From positions 3,286,001 to 3,350,000 of the forward strand of contig NEEC01000010.1 in assembly GCA_002189035.1 (NCBI GenBank): 64,000 bases of DNA, read 5' to 3'. The position numbers were made by a program, and so were the translations under genes. This document shows, one piece after another, positions 49,161 through 61,249 of this stretch; the stretch's first letter is position 1, and every line of letters starts with the position of its first letter. The DNA is from Utricularia gibba. Its lineage: Eukaryota > Plantae > Magnoliophyta. The notes beneath the pieces were generated by a model. It was not told the DNA's origin, searched no databases, and saw only the letters and a list, made by a program, of their open reading frames with translations.

Positions 49161-49796
49161 CTACACCTTCATGAAGTCATTCAAGGAGAAAGGTTGATGA
49201 CCATCCTTGCAAAGCTCTTGGCTAGCAACAGTTGTCTGCCGTATTAGCTGTTCCATAGCCGAATAGCAGGGGTGTTTGTTGTGTTCAAGGATCGCACGGT
49301 TTAAATTCTTTGCAACTTCCTCCCTAAGTTCTGGGCTAAGCAAGTGAAATATTGGGGACTTCTCAGGTTCCTCATATGCAAGGAGAGCCATCAAGTCTTC
49401 AAGCTTCTTGACATATTTCTCCTCTTTCCCAAAAGGAAAGAATTTTGATTGCGCAAATCCCAAAGCCTCGTTGATTTTTTTTGAGCGCACAAGTTCGATA
49501 AACTGAAGACTCAGGATATCGAAGTGCAGATCTTTATTTCCCTCCAACAATCCAGGGACATACTCATCGGTTAATTCAATGGCCTTCGATGCATTTCCTT
49601 CCATCACAAAACTCAATATTCCTTTCCTTTTCGTCATGTCCTCCATATTCTCAACAGAATTATTCGCCCCAATACAAGCAACAAACGACTCAAGGGTGTC
49701 TACGAAGCAATTATACATGAGATACGACTGAACAATCTTGTGGATATCACTCTCATTCACTACAACCTTGTCATAATCTCTGTGATCGCTATCCAT
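49161..49796 (-). CDS. GID8-like LisH-CTLH-CRA protein (CTLH E3 complex), intronless CDS
   Basis: DIHKIVQSYL (LisH); EGNASKAIELT; NKDLHFDILSLQFIELV; LEDLMALLAYEEPEKSP; NLNRAIL; PFSLNDF. Confidence 0.9.
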   Translation of the reverse strand: MDSDHRDYDKVVVNESDIHKIVQSYLMYNCFVDTLESFVACIGANNSVENMEDMTKRKGILSFVMEGNASKAIELTDEYVPGLLEGNKDLHFDILSLQFIELVRSKKINEALGFAQSKFFPFGKEEKYVKKLEDLMALLAYEEPEKSPIFHLLSPELREEVAKNLNRAILEHNKHPCYSAMEQLIRQTTVASQELCKDGHQPFSLNDFMKV

Positions 49797-50643
49797 TTCC
49801 CCAACTTCTCTGTGCCAATATCCTTCCCCTGAAAGAAAATAAAAGACCAGCTTTCTCACCGGGAAAAACTAATAATGGGTACCGCTCCCTCCTCTCGGTA
49901 TTTCAGATTTGAGAAGGCGTTCCTAACCTCTCTACCCTCTGCCAAAAAACCCACTATCACATTAAAAATCCAAGAAAGATGTCATTACTTCAATCGAAAG
50001 ACTAATCTTTTATCAAATAAAAACCAAATCTTGCCACAATCCACCCCCATTGATCCAAAAGAAACGGATGAAAAAAAGGATCCCTCAGAAATGCCTGTTA
50101 TCTTCTTGACAAGCTACCGGGTGGCGACGATCGGCATTATGGATAGGACCCTCGACCTCCAGAAAGAGGGAGGTCCCACCGCCAAAGCCGCCGCACCCGC
50201 TGCGCATCAGATTACTAAACTTGTCATCCTAGGGATTATTCTCACCGGACCCAACTCCCCTCCCAGACAAAAAACAAAGAAACACACAACAAACCTTTCG
50301 TTTTTTTCCGAGCGACGGAGAGTTCGATGCTCCTCCGCCTCCAGCCCTAGAAATAGAATCCCACCTCCACGACTGCCCTCGGCTGAGATCCCTTTTTTCC
50401 CCCCGAAGAAACCCCCTACTCCTTCCTTCCTATTTAATCATTTTTTTCCCAATATTCAAAAGAATATTTAATATTCATTTTCTTTTTAATTTGTCGGAAA
50501 TAACTTCATCCACTGCTCTTGCTGGTTCTGTGCTAAATTTGCATATTCGGATCCCATTGTAAACTCATTCAAAACCAAAAAAGTAGGTGAATTTTTGTGA
50601 AAACACAGTACACCAGACTCCAGCTTGAGCCCCTGAAAATGCA

Positions 50644-53175
50644 TCACACTCTCTCCATGGACACTGCTTCGGTTCCACATTCCCCTTGGGCACACCCCAT
50701 TTGAAATCTGCGGAAACCGTCAAGAATTGCTACTGCAGCATCATCATCATCCTGCAGTTGAGAAGAGTCACAAATGATCCATTTGTCGACAATGAACTGG
50801 TGTGGATATTGTTGATGCATACCCTTCTGGCTTAACTCCAGTTCTGCAACCCAGTAATGGAGCTGTTTGGATACACATTCAGAACCTGTAGAGCCATAAG
50901 AGGAAAAGTTCCTGATGGAATTTTCCACCCCAAGGAAGTTTGACACATCCTCTTCGAATGCAGGACTTATGGTTCTGAGATCCTCCAGCTTCAGGTGTTG
51001 AAGAAGACAGTTTCTTGATACACACAGAGCAACACACCTTCCAACTATGTCATGGGAAGTTCTGAAAGGTATTCCCTGCAGATTTATTAAAAGAAAAAAT
51101 AAAACAAAAGCCCCACTTCAGAAAACCATCTAGTTCCTGTAAGAACTAAATTTATCAAGCACATCCTCAATGTGTATCATTTAGAAATTTAAAAATTTTC
51201 CATATACCGATTGATTCTCGCTTCTTCATGGATTTGAAATCCATGATGGAAAAAATAATATAAGGACCCTAAACAAGATTAAGTTCTACAAAGATAAAAC
51301 AAAGTGCATATGAACATGCTGTGACCTTCATGGGCAAGTATGGAAGCGACTCACCTTTTTGACAAGGTAGTCGGCAAGGGTTGTGGCATCTAAATGGCCA
51401 GCAGGAAGAGCTTTCATGATTCTCTCCTTATTAAAGGTGATATTATCTGCGAATTCTGCAGACACCTCTAGCATTGCTAAGATTGTTTTAACACTGTCGA
51501 ATAGTGGTTGTTTATCTTCCTGATCCAAAGCAAATCAGATTCACAAGCAATCAGCTGTAATATGAAGATGAATAATTTCATTTTCAGAGGAAGGAGGTTG
51601 CAACCTGCAAATCTCTATTGTATGCTTGAGGAAGACCTTTGCACAGTACAAGTACTGAAACCAGATCTCCAACTACCCGGGCTGATTTTCCACGTACAAG
51701 TTCCATTGGATCAGGATTCTTTTTCTGAGGCATTATACTGCTTCCGGTAGACACAGAATCGCTGGGAGTGATAAAGCCAAATTCTTCTGATGCCCATAAA
51801 ACCCACTCTTCACCCAGTCGAGAGAGATGGTTGGCTATGATAGCATCTGCCGAGAGAAGTTCCAGTACAAAATCTCGATCCGAAACCGCATCAATGCTGT
51901 TTCACAAAAAAATCAACAAGTTTCTACCTCTGCTATAAAATAAGTACTATTACACCTGTACAATTCATGTTTCACTAATCCATCCAAAAGAATGCAAGAG
52001 CTCTCTTTTAAGAAATGAATGAACCATGGTTGATGATTTGTACCTATTTCTGAGGGGTGCAGTGAATCCCAATTCATTAGAAGTCATAAACCTATCAATA
52101 GGGAGGCCAGTGCCAGCCAAAGCACAGGCACCCAAGGGACTGAAATTCAATCTTGCTCGGCAGTCTAGCAAACGGCCGGTGTCACGTTGAAGCTGCAGCA
52201 TATCAGCATATAGTGCATCAATGATATGAAAATTCACATGAAAAATGTCTAAGAGAAGAATTGGATGCTAACATGGCACACTGAAAAAGAAGAATTTACC
52301 TGCTCAACATAAGCTAAGAGAAGATGTGGCAAAAGAACAGGTTGGGCCCTCTGAAGATGAGTATACCCTGGAACAATCAGGTCCTCATACTTCAACGCCA
52401 ACTTCACCAAAGCAACCTGGGAATTTCGAAGTTTAAGAAAGCCCACAACTGATCTCGTAGGAAATGAGTTGCATAAGCACATTAAACATGGTAAATTACG
52501 GATCTTGGTGGCTAGTCTACTGATACCACAAAGTTGAATAGAGCAAAAAGGAACCTGAAGATGCCTGATACGAGAAATGATTGAGTCGATTGCATCTCTA
52601 GACCACAATCTCAAATCTGTGCAGACTTGATCATTTCTGCTACGGGCAGTGTGAAGCTTCTTTGCCGGCTCGCCAACCAAATCTGTAAGGGCTGCTTCAA
52701 TGTTCATATGGACGTCCTCCCTATTAGCCCTCCAAATGAACTCGCCTCTCTCTATCTGCTTCTGAATCTCATCCAAACCCTTGAGTATCGTATCCCGATC
52801 ATCATCACTAATCAATCCCTGTAACCCATCTTCAGATTGCAATCGCAAAAAGACCAAAACTTCAACAAAAAGAAAACTCAAATGCACCTGATTAGCGAGC
52901 ATTGAGGCGTGGGCGCGGCTGCCCATAATGTCATGCTTATACAGGGCTTTGTCAAAAGATATTGACTCAGTGAAGCTCTCAACAGCGTCGGTGACGCTCT
53001 CTTCAAATCGGCCCCCCCAAAGCTTCGCCTCCTTGGAGCTCATCTTCACGGATACGATGTGGCTTCGACGACCTTGCGATGGCAAGGCGGCGACGGCGGC
53101 GGGGATTCGGACAACCCCGGAAGAAAAAGGGTTGGTGGGCGGAGTTGGCGCTAGCCGCTGGAGCATCGAGTCCAT
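50644..53175 (-). CDS. ARGH: Argininosuccinate lyase, chloroplastic, 7 exons
   Basis: KLWGGRF; [12 protein letters not shown]; [11 protein letters not shown]; signature [14 protein letters not shown]; [12 protein letters not shown]. The stop lies about 55 codons later than usual. Confidence 0.96.
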
Positions 53176-53334
53176 AGAAACTCGCAGCAAATTGTTGACA
53201 ATTGACTGGGTTTAGTCCAAACCCCAAGCCCGTCTATACACATGCCCACCTGCCAAATCAGTATATATGGTTTCCAACGCTCGATGTAAAGTTCAGAATT
53301 CTTCTCCTTTGGCAGCTGTGTGAAATTTTGCATT

Positions 53335-53955
53335 TTAAAAGACAGACGGAAACAAATAAAAATCGAATCTTTCACATGGACTACTGCGAATCATCAGCTT
53401 TTGAGTAAGCAACAACGTAGAGTGACTGTTACAGATGGCATAGCCACGCGCCATCCTAAAAGCTCCGGTGCCGCCGACCACCGCCACCTCCCTATCTTTC
53501 CCGTCGATTGGATTTCTCCCCAACAAACACAATGTGCTTCCGTTGTACTCGCCGCTCGTGAACCACAAATTCATGTTCATTGTAACCGCACATTCTTCCA
53601 TCCCCGCTGAGCTAATCATTCCCTGGGCTCTCCCCAGTTTCTCCGATTCCTTCTCTGACCCCGCCGTGATCACGTTATCTAGAACCCGGACTTGGCCAAA
53701 AGTCGTCGGCGAATCTTCAGTGATGGTAGCGCGCGCTACTTCCCACACGGTGGCGTTGATTCCTCCGAGCGCGTCGTGGATGTAAAAGTGGAGCTTCACT
53801 ATTTTCTTCCTGGATTGCAGAAATTCCGCGAATTTTACGACATCCGTTTTGGGGATTATGAAGTCATTCCCAAGCTCATCTGGGTTCTTCTTGAAGATGG
53901 TTTTGCTGCGATAGGCTTTGATTGCTTTTCTGAATGAATCTCCAAACTTCCACAT
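53335..53955 (-). CDS. Dirigent-family protein (DIR-b/d type), lacking a signal peptide and with a frameshifted C-terminus; possibly a pseudogene
   Basis: LHFYIHD; SPTTFGQVRVLDN; LGRAQG; YNGSTLCLLGRNP; VVGGTGAFRMARGYA. Confidence 0.8.
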   Translation of the reverse strand: MWKFGDSFRKAIKAYRSKTIFKKNPDELGNDFIIPKTDVVKFAEFLQSRKKIVKLHFYIHDALGGINATVWEVARATITEDSPTTFGQVRVLDNVITAGSEKESEKLGRAQGMISSAGMEECAVTMNMNLWFTSGEYNGSTLCLLGRNPIDGKDREVAVVGGTGAFRMARGYAICNSHSTLLLTQKLMIRSSPCERFDFYLFPSVF

Positions 53956-54200
53956 GGTTCGATTTTCTGAGAATGGTCCTCTGGTTTCCGCAGGAAACCT
54001 TTAACTGTAAAGTTTTAGCGTGCGTGTATAATGACGAAGTAGTAGGTAGTGTGTATGCTGGTTAGGTGAAGCTTCTTTAATCTGCTTCACTCTCTGACTT
54101 TTGGTCTAGAACATAGCTCAGAGAAATTGTATGCCTTGTTATTACAGTGTAAAAAACTCATGGTACAAGAAAAAAAAAATCAAAAGAATTGGATATCGTT

Positions 54201-55689
54201 TCAACCAGACAATGTGCAAGGTTTAAGGAACCACAGAACATCCACAGATCCTGTTTCCTTTTCTGCAGCAGTCTGAACTCCTCCTCCCTGAGGATCATTT
54301 TTAGACATTTTATTAATATGTTAGAGGTGCCATATGGTCTAATTCTAAAGCATACCTGAGTTCTTGATCCAAAAGGTTTAGGACTAGGAGTCATGGCCTT
54401 TCCTTTTGTTGCTGAGAAACACTGAGGAGTCGGAGGATACATCCGAATCTGTGGTGAGCTTGACAAGTCTTTGTTCTTTGACGTAAGTATAGGTGTTGGA
54501 ATGTTCTCTATATCAGCATCGATTCTTCTGCGAGGAAGCATTGGCTGTACATCAGTGTCATCTGAACCCAAGGTCGAATAACAGGGAAAAGGGTGAACAT
54601 TACTTTTTTCTTCTTGGCTGATTATTGGAACCAGTGATCTCAAGGCCTCTGCTTTTTTCCTTTTGCAACTCTTGCAATGGCTGCTTCACTTCCTTTTCTT
54701 TCTCCTTCAAATCTCTAGGAGTCTCATGCGTACTATGTTGCTTACCAGCTGACTCAACATTCTCCCTGCTTCTTGCTCCGGTTGCCAGCCTTTTCAACTC
54801 AGTGCAAAAATCTGCAACCTTGTTCAGAAAATCGCCACCAGAGAACAAATTCTTAGCAGACATGGTGCTTCTTAGCTTAGTTTTTTTCGATTCACTTCCC
54901 GGCGTATTGATATCACCAAATTGCTTCCCTGTGAATGATGTAACTGACTCTTTCACAGGCTTGGGACTGTGACAAGGATGGTGAGACAAGTTAGGATCTC
55001 GATTCTCATCTTCGTCGACATCTGTATGATATTTTTGGCCTTTGATTGAAAGCAGAGGTTGCCTAAGTGTCCTCTTTTTCAGTTTAGGATCCCTGTACAG
55101 AGAGGTGCTGTTAATGGGGTTGCCCAAACGAGGAATCATAAAATGTGGTTCAATACCTAATGTTTGCATCACCAAAGGGAGAGATTTCTGATACACTGGC
55201 CAGTTTCTTATGCTGCAATGTAATGAAAAACAGGAGTTGAGTGTTACTACAAGTCCAAGAAGGCGTTTCAGATAAAAAACAACACAGTAATTGGAAACTC
55301 AGCGAGACCAGAAGTCTAGATTGAAAGAAAACCATTTTTACAAGAATTGGAAAACAAACAGGGTAACCTTAAGATTGGGCAGTTGTGTCACTTCCATCTT
55401 CTTCTTGAAATCCTCAGCTGTCTTGGGGTGATCACAGCCTAAAAAAATTGAAAGCTCAGCTGATCATCAAGAAACAGCACCCATTTTCCACATCTTCTCA
55501 TACCCAGTTCTTAAAAAAAAAGAATGTTCGTTCGTTTCACTTACCCGGTTTACAAAACCAAGCCACATCGTCAACTGGGTCGTCCCCGGAAGCGAAATCT
55601 ACCCATTTCGGGGCTCTGATGTTTTCGTACAGTTCATCCCTCACAAATCTTGAATCGACGCTTTTCCAATCGATCACCGCCACGTCCAT
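54201..55689 (-). CDS. Uncharacterised protein with N-terminal YExxxAPKWVDF...DDxAWFC motif and C-terminal WFLKPC, multi-exon
   Basis: MDVAVIDWKSVDSRFVRDELYENIRAPKWVDF...DDVAWFCKPG|CDHPKTAEDF; last exon VDVLWFLKPCTLSG*. One internal junction near 54600 is phase-ambiguous. Confidence 0.75.
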
Positions 55690-55819
55690 CCGGAAATCGA
55701 ATCTCTCCCAATCAAATGAAAACACAGAAGAAGAATAAGATTTCAAGATACCCACAGCAGTAGAAAATATAAACAAGATCACGAGTTGAGGAACTTGTGC
55801 GATAGCTGAGACGACAGAT

Positions 55820-55878
55820 GACCGTTGGTGAGAGAGAATATGCGGGTTTTATTTCCATAAATTCTTTCGACCGTTGCG
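55820..55878 (-). promoter_or_regulatory. Two MSA-like elements (AACGG core) upstream of the 54201-55689 gene
   Basis: GACCGTTGG at 55820 and GACCGTTGC at 55869, about 130-190 bp upstream of the ATG. Confidence 0.55.
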
Positions 55879-56155
55879 GTGGGAAGATCAGAAATGGCAT
55901 TTAGTGTTTTTGTGGGGTAAATATGAAATTTTCGTATTTAAGCTACCGTACTGGGCCTATAAATCCATGGCTCAATGGTGGCCCATATTGTTTGGCGAGG
56001 GGAGGGCCTTTATAAACACATCTTCTCATTTTGTTAGGGCGGCCCAAATCCTATTTCTCTTGTCAAAAACAAAAATAGAACCTCTCTTTCTGAAGTTCAG
56101 ACTCGGAAACTCAAGGGCACAGAATCGAGGAGGTAGAAGGAACTTGCCGTCGAAG

Positions 56156-59100
56156 ATGTTAATTTCCCAAGAACTGTACCCGAGTGAAGAAGATTATCTC
56201 TACGAGGAGGAAGTGCTTCGGAATCCCAACAGTTTGAAGCTATGGTGGCGTTATCTGATTGCTCGAAGTGAATCGCCGTTCAAGAAACGTGCTGTTATCT
56301 ACGAGCGCGCACTCAAGGCTTTGCCGGGAAGCTACAAGCTATGGCATGCCTATCTCAGGGAGCGGTTGGAGATTGTGAGGAATTTGCCAGTGACGCATTC
56401 TCAGTACGAGACGCTGAATAACACTTTTGAACGGGCTCTCGCTACAATGCACAAGATGCCCCGGATTTGGATTATGTATCTCACGTCTTTGACGCAACAG
56501 AAGTTGATTACCAAGACAAGGCGGACTTTTGATCGTGCGTTATGCGCTCTCCCGGTTACACAGCATGATAGGATTTGGGAGCATTATTTGATTTTCGTGT
56601 CGCAAAAGGGTTGCCCAATAGAGACCTCTTTGAGAGTGTACAGGAGGTATTTGAAGTATGACCCGAGTCACATTGAAGATTTTATTGACTTTTTGATTGC
56701 TTCTGAGCTGTGGCAGGAGGCAGCAGAGAGGCTCGCGGGGGTTTTGAACGATGACCAATTTCATTCGATCAAGGGGAAAACAAAGCATAGATTGTGGTTG
56801 GAATTGTGTGATTTGTTGACGCAGCATGCTAAGGAGATATCTGGATTGAATGTGGATGCTATAATTAGAGGAGGTGTTAGGAAGTTCACAGATGAGGTTG
56901 GTAGGCTGTGGACATCTCTGGCAGATTATTACATACGGAGAGGTTTACTCGAGAAAGCCAGAGATATTTTCGAGGAGGGAATAACTACAGTGATCAGAGT
57001 GAGGGACTTCAGTGTCATATTTGATGCATACTCGCAGTTTGAAGAGAGCATGCTCCTCATTAGAATGGAAGCTGTAGATGATAGTGATAATGAAGATGGT
57101 GAAGAAAATGTGCAGGAGAAGGATGAGGAAGAAGAGGATGATGACAGGTTAGATATAGAGAAGTTGGAGAAGCGGATAAGCAGTTTTTGGTTGAAAGATG
57201 ACAATGATGTTGACTTGAGATTGGCACGGTTCGAGTACTTGATGGAAAGGAGGCCAGAGTTGGCAAACAGCGTGCTTTTGAGGCAGAATCCACACAATGT
57301 GGAACAGTGGCATCGGAGGGTCAAGCTTTTTGAAGATCCCACCAAACAAATAATTACTTACACAGAAGCAGTGAGGACAGTTGATCCCATGAAGGCTGTT
57401 GGCAAACCCCATACCCTTTGGGTTGCATTTGCAAAGCTTTACGAGAGCCACAAGGATGTTGCTAATGCTCGGGTGATCTTTGACAAGGCTGTGCAGGTTA
57501 ATTATAAAACTGTAGATCATCTAGCCAGTGTTTGGTGTGAGTGGGCTGAGATGGAACTCAGGCATAAAAACTTCAAGGGCGCACTAGAACTTATGCGCCG
57601 TGCAACTGCAGAACCATCAGTCGAAGTGAGGAGGAGAGGTATTGGATCTCTTATTCCTAATTATTTATGCAATATATTCACTTTTTATAGGAAGCTGGGG
57701 AACTTTCTTCCAAATAGTTCAGCTGACTGATTTCCAACACTTTATTCCACCCCTGCTATGTAGTGGCTGCTGATGGCAATGAACCAGTGCAGATGAAGCT
57801 TCATAAATCACTTAAACTCTGGACATTCTATGTCGATCTGGAGGAGAGCTTGGGCACTCTTAAATCGACTCGTGAAGTTTATGAGAAGATACTGGATCAT
57901 AAAATTGCTACTCCTCAAATAATAATTAACTATGCTATGCTTTTAGAGGTTTGAACTTCCTGTTTAATTATTCTGTCTTTTTGCATCCTTTTCCCCTCTT
58001 GTGTAAGCTTTAATGGGTTATGATATTTTCAGGACAATAAGTACTTTGAGGATGCATTCAAGGTTTATGAGAGGGGTGTGAAGATATTCAAATACCCTCA
58101 TGTAAAGGATATCTGGGTCACTTATCTTTCAAAGTTCGTCAAAAGATATGGAAAGTCAAAGCTTGAACGAGCTCGAGAGCTATTTGAGAATGCAGTTGAA
58201 ACTGTATGGTCTGCATATCTTGTTTGACTTTAGAGTTCTGACGCTTTCTTAACACTTGAAATAAGTAATTTGTGTGTGTGTGTGTGTTTTTTTTTTTTCC
58301 CCATATTTTTATATTTGGTTGGGTGAAGTGATAGCCAGAATGATGAATGCGTTTGAGGTTATAGTTTTTGCTGTCTAATTCTTGTGTGGAAATGTTCTAC
58401 GTGCTTTTTCCAATGTAACGGTAGTGGCTATCTCTAAGTATTAATTGCATTATAGAAATGTCTCAAACTGTGATGGTGATTAATGTCTGTCATTGTGTTG
58501 ATGATATCATATGTTTTCTCGTTTCAGGCTCCTTCTGAGTATGTGAAAACTTTGTATCTCCAATATGCTAAGCTCGAGGAAGACTATGGTCTTGCAAAAA
58601 GAGCAATGCGGGTATATGATCAGGCAGCAAAGGCTGTGCCAGATAATGAGAAGTTGGGCATGTATGAAATATACATTGCAAGGGCCGCTGAAATATTTGG
58701 TGTACCCAAAACCAGGGAGATATACGAACAGGCAATTGAATCTGGTCTGCCTGAAAAGGATTTGAAGACCATGTGCTTGAGATACGCTGACCTTGAGAAG
58801 AGTCTAGGTGAGATTGATCGGAGCCGTGCACTATTGAAACATGCATCCCAATTTTCGGACCCCAGGACCGATCTGGAATTTTGGAACAAGTGGCATGAGT
58901 TTGAGGTCCAGCATGGGAATGAAGATACCTTCAGAGAGATGCTTCGGGTTAAAAGGAGCGTTACAACTAGTTATAGCCAGGTTCGGAATCATTAAGCCAG
59001 TGAATCTTCATGTCGTATACGTTCTCTTTTTAGGTTCTTCACTCACCCATCTTTGTTTTTTTTTCTGTGTCAGACGCACTTTATCTTGCCTGAGTATTTG

Positions 59101-59499
59101 ATGCAAAAGGATCAGATGCAGACCACCCTTGAAGAAGCCAAGGATGTATTAAAGAAAGCTGGCATAGAAGAGGACGAGATGGCTGCCCTTGAAAGGAAGG
59201 TGCTTCCTCCCACCACAAATGATTCAAGTGCAGTGAGACGACTAGGATTTGTGAGTGGTGGAACTGTGAACGGCGGAGAACCAGGGATAGCAAACAAGGA
59301 GGATATTGAACTTCCAGACGAAGGCGAGTCCGACGAGGAACAAGAGATTGCTCAGAAGGAGGTGCCTGCTGCTGTTTTTGGAGCTTTGGGTGCTAGGAAA
59401 AGAGAGGACGACGAAGCAGCCGCAGGAGAGGCAGAAGATGGTGATAAGAAGTTGGGTGCACTCGAGAGGATTAAAAGAATGAGGAAAAGCCAACAATGA
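56156..59499 (+). CDS. SYF1: Pre-mRNA splicing factor SYF1/XAB2 (HAT repeats), 5 exons
   Basis: YEEEVLRNPNSLKLWWRY; YERALKALPGSYKLW; NSVLLRQNPHNVEQW; FEVQHGNEDTFREMLRVKRSV; NKEDIELPD. Confidence 0.96.
58271..58298. repeat. (TG)8 microsatellite followed by poly-T, in a SYF1 intron
   Basis: Read directly from the sequence. Confidence 0.85.
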
Positions 59500-60144
59500 A
59501 GATTATTCATCTAGCCCCAATTCCGGGAGTGCTTCTTCCCCATCGCCTTAACACACTGTACGCCATTCGGTTGTCTGTATTCATGGAAGTTTTAGTTTAT
59601 TGCCAGTCCACTTCCAACTATGGCCCATGCTCCATTTTGAATCATACTATACAGCCTAACATTCTTATTTCTAGTCCTTGCTATTGTGATATCTTTCTCC
59701 TACAGGTATGAAGCTAATAACGCCACTGATGCATTACTATGAAGACTCGTTGCAAATACAGTTCAGGGTTATACTCTCTTCTAGCCGAACTCCAGAAGCA
59801 AGAACATGTACCAAAATTGCTCTCAGGGCGGGGCCAGAGATGAAAGATGTAAAAAAGCAAAGTAGCCACTCTTGGTATAAGGCATCTAATTCGTACGCAG
59901 CGAAATCTTGATTGCTCCTCAAAATCGATTACCAGGATATTGATTGCATTTCCAAAGCGAAATCTTGAAATCCACAGTCAGAATGTCGCAATAAAAGTAA
60001 AATGGAGCAGTCCAAATGGGATGATGGGCCTTCCGGTTCGGTTAGTGTAAGAGCCAGAAGAAGAACCGGCACTGCAGCGCAGCGGATAGAATAAAATCCG
60101 CGGACTCCTCCCCTGGGCGCTCCGCTCCGCATCTCTCATCTCCA

Positions 60145-61111
60145 ATGGCTACTCTTTCTTGCTCGCTATCCCTAACTTCTGTAAATTTCCAGCAAGAGCC
60201 CACTAAATCCCTCCAAATCCAAACGAGTCTCAAGTTCTTGCTTGGGAAACCCCAATCTCTCTCCCTCAGAAGACGCCGTGCTTTCTCGGAAACTGTTTCT
60301 GTTGCGGCCGCAGACTCCTCCTCCACTGATGTGAGAAGATTGTATATCGGCAATATCCCCAGAACCGTCACCAACGACGAACTCCAGAAAATCTTCGAAG
60401 AGCACGGCAATGTCGAGAAGGCCGAGGTGCGTACTTTATCTTATCATGATAAACTCCGAATGGATGGTTTTTCAGCTGATTTTTCATATCGTTTTTGGTG
60501 TTTTGGGGGATTTCTCATTTGAAGGTGATGTACGACAAGTACAAAGCGAAAAGCCGTCGGTTTGGGTTTGTAACAATGAAAACCATCGAGGATGCAAACG
60601 CTGCTGCTGAAAAGCTAAACGGAACAGTAAGTTCGTCGCTACGGCGCATGGCTTTTGATTCCTGAGGTGATGAGGTTTGGGTGATTGATTCTCAGGAAGT
60701 TGGAGGACGCAAGATCACAGTGAATTTAACAGAGAAACCACTGGCAACTTCGGACATATCGTTGGTCCAAGCTGAAGAATCTGCATTTGTGGACAGTCCA
60801 CACAAGGTTTACGTGGGAAATCTTGCAAAAACAGTGACTACAGACTTGCTGAAAAGCTTCTTCTCCGAGAAAGGAAACGTTCTTGGAGCCAAGGTGTCAA
60901 GAGTCCCGGGGACCTCAAAATCCAGTGGCTATGGCTTTGTTTCATTTGGTTCAGAAGAGGATGTGGAAGCCGCCATATCGGCTCTAAACAACAAGGTAAG
61001 GCGCCTCCTCATGCTGTTTGCATCAGGATCCGACACCATCATCTTGCTCACTTTCCTCTACTTGCACTGCAGGTGCTCGAAGGCCAGAAAATCCGCGTCA
61101 ACAAGGCGTAG
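60145..61111 (+). CDS. PSRP2: Plastid-specific 30S ribosomal protein 2 (two RRMs), 4 exons
   Basis: RRLYIGNIPRTVTNDEL; SRRFGFVTM; DSPHKVYVGNLAKTVT; SRVPGTSKSSGYGFV; LEGQKIRVNKA*. Confidence 0.93.
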
Positions 61112-61249
61112 ACTAGTTTGAAGGCAACTCAAGTCATCAGCTTGTACGCATCCTTGCAATGTTGGTAGGATAGAATGAATGATTTTGCACATGGATGCGT
61201 GAAAATTTTCACAAGAGGTCTCTGTATCAAATCAATGAACTAAATTCTC

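Noticed and set aside
49875-50471. 198-aa plus-strand ORF
   Set aside because: It is antisense to the GID8-like 5' UTR and intron, low-complexity, with no homology recognised.
54598-54612. Splice-phase mismatch in the TPX2-like gene at an A6 run
   Set aside because: It could be a wrong junction guess or an A-run error and cannot be resolved from sequence, so it was not counted as a frameshift.
55874-56155. In-frame N-terminal extension of SYF1
   Set aside because: It spans site II promoter motifs, and the conserved protein begins at MLISQELYP (56156).
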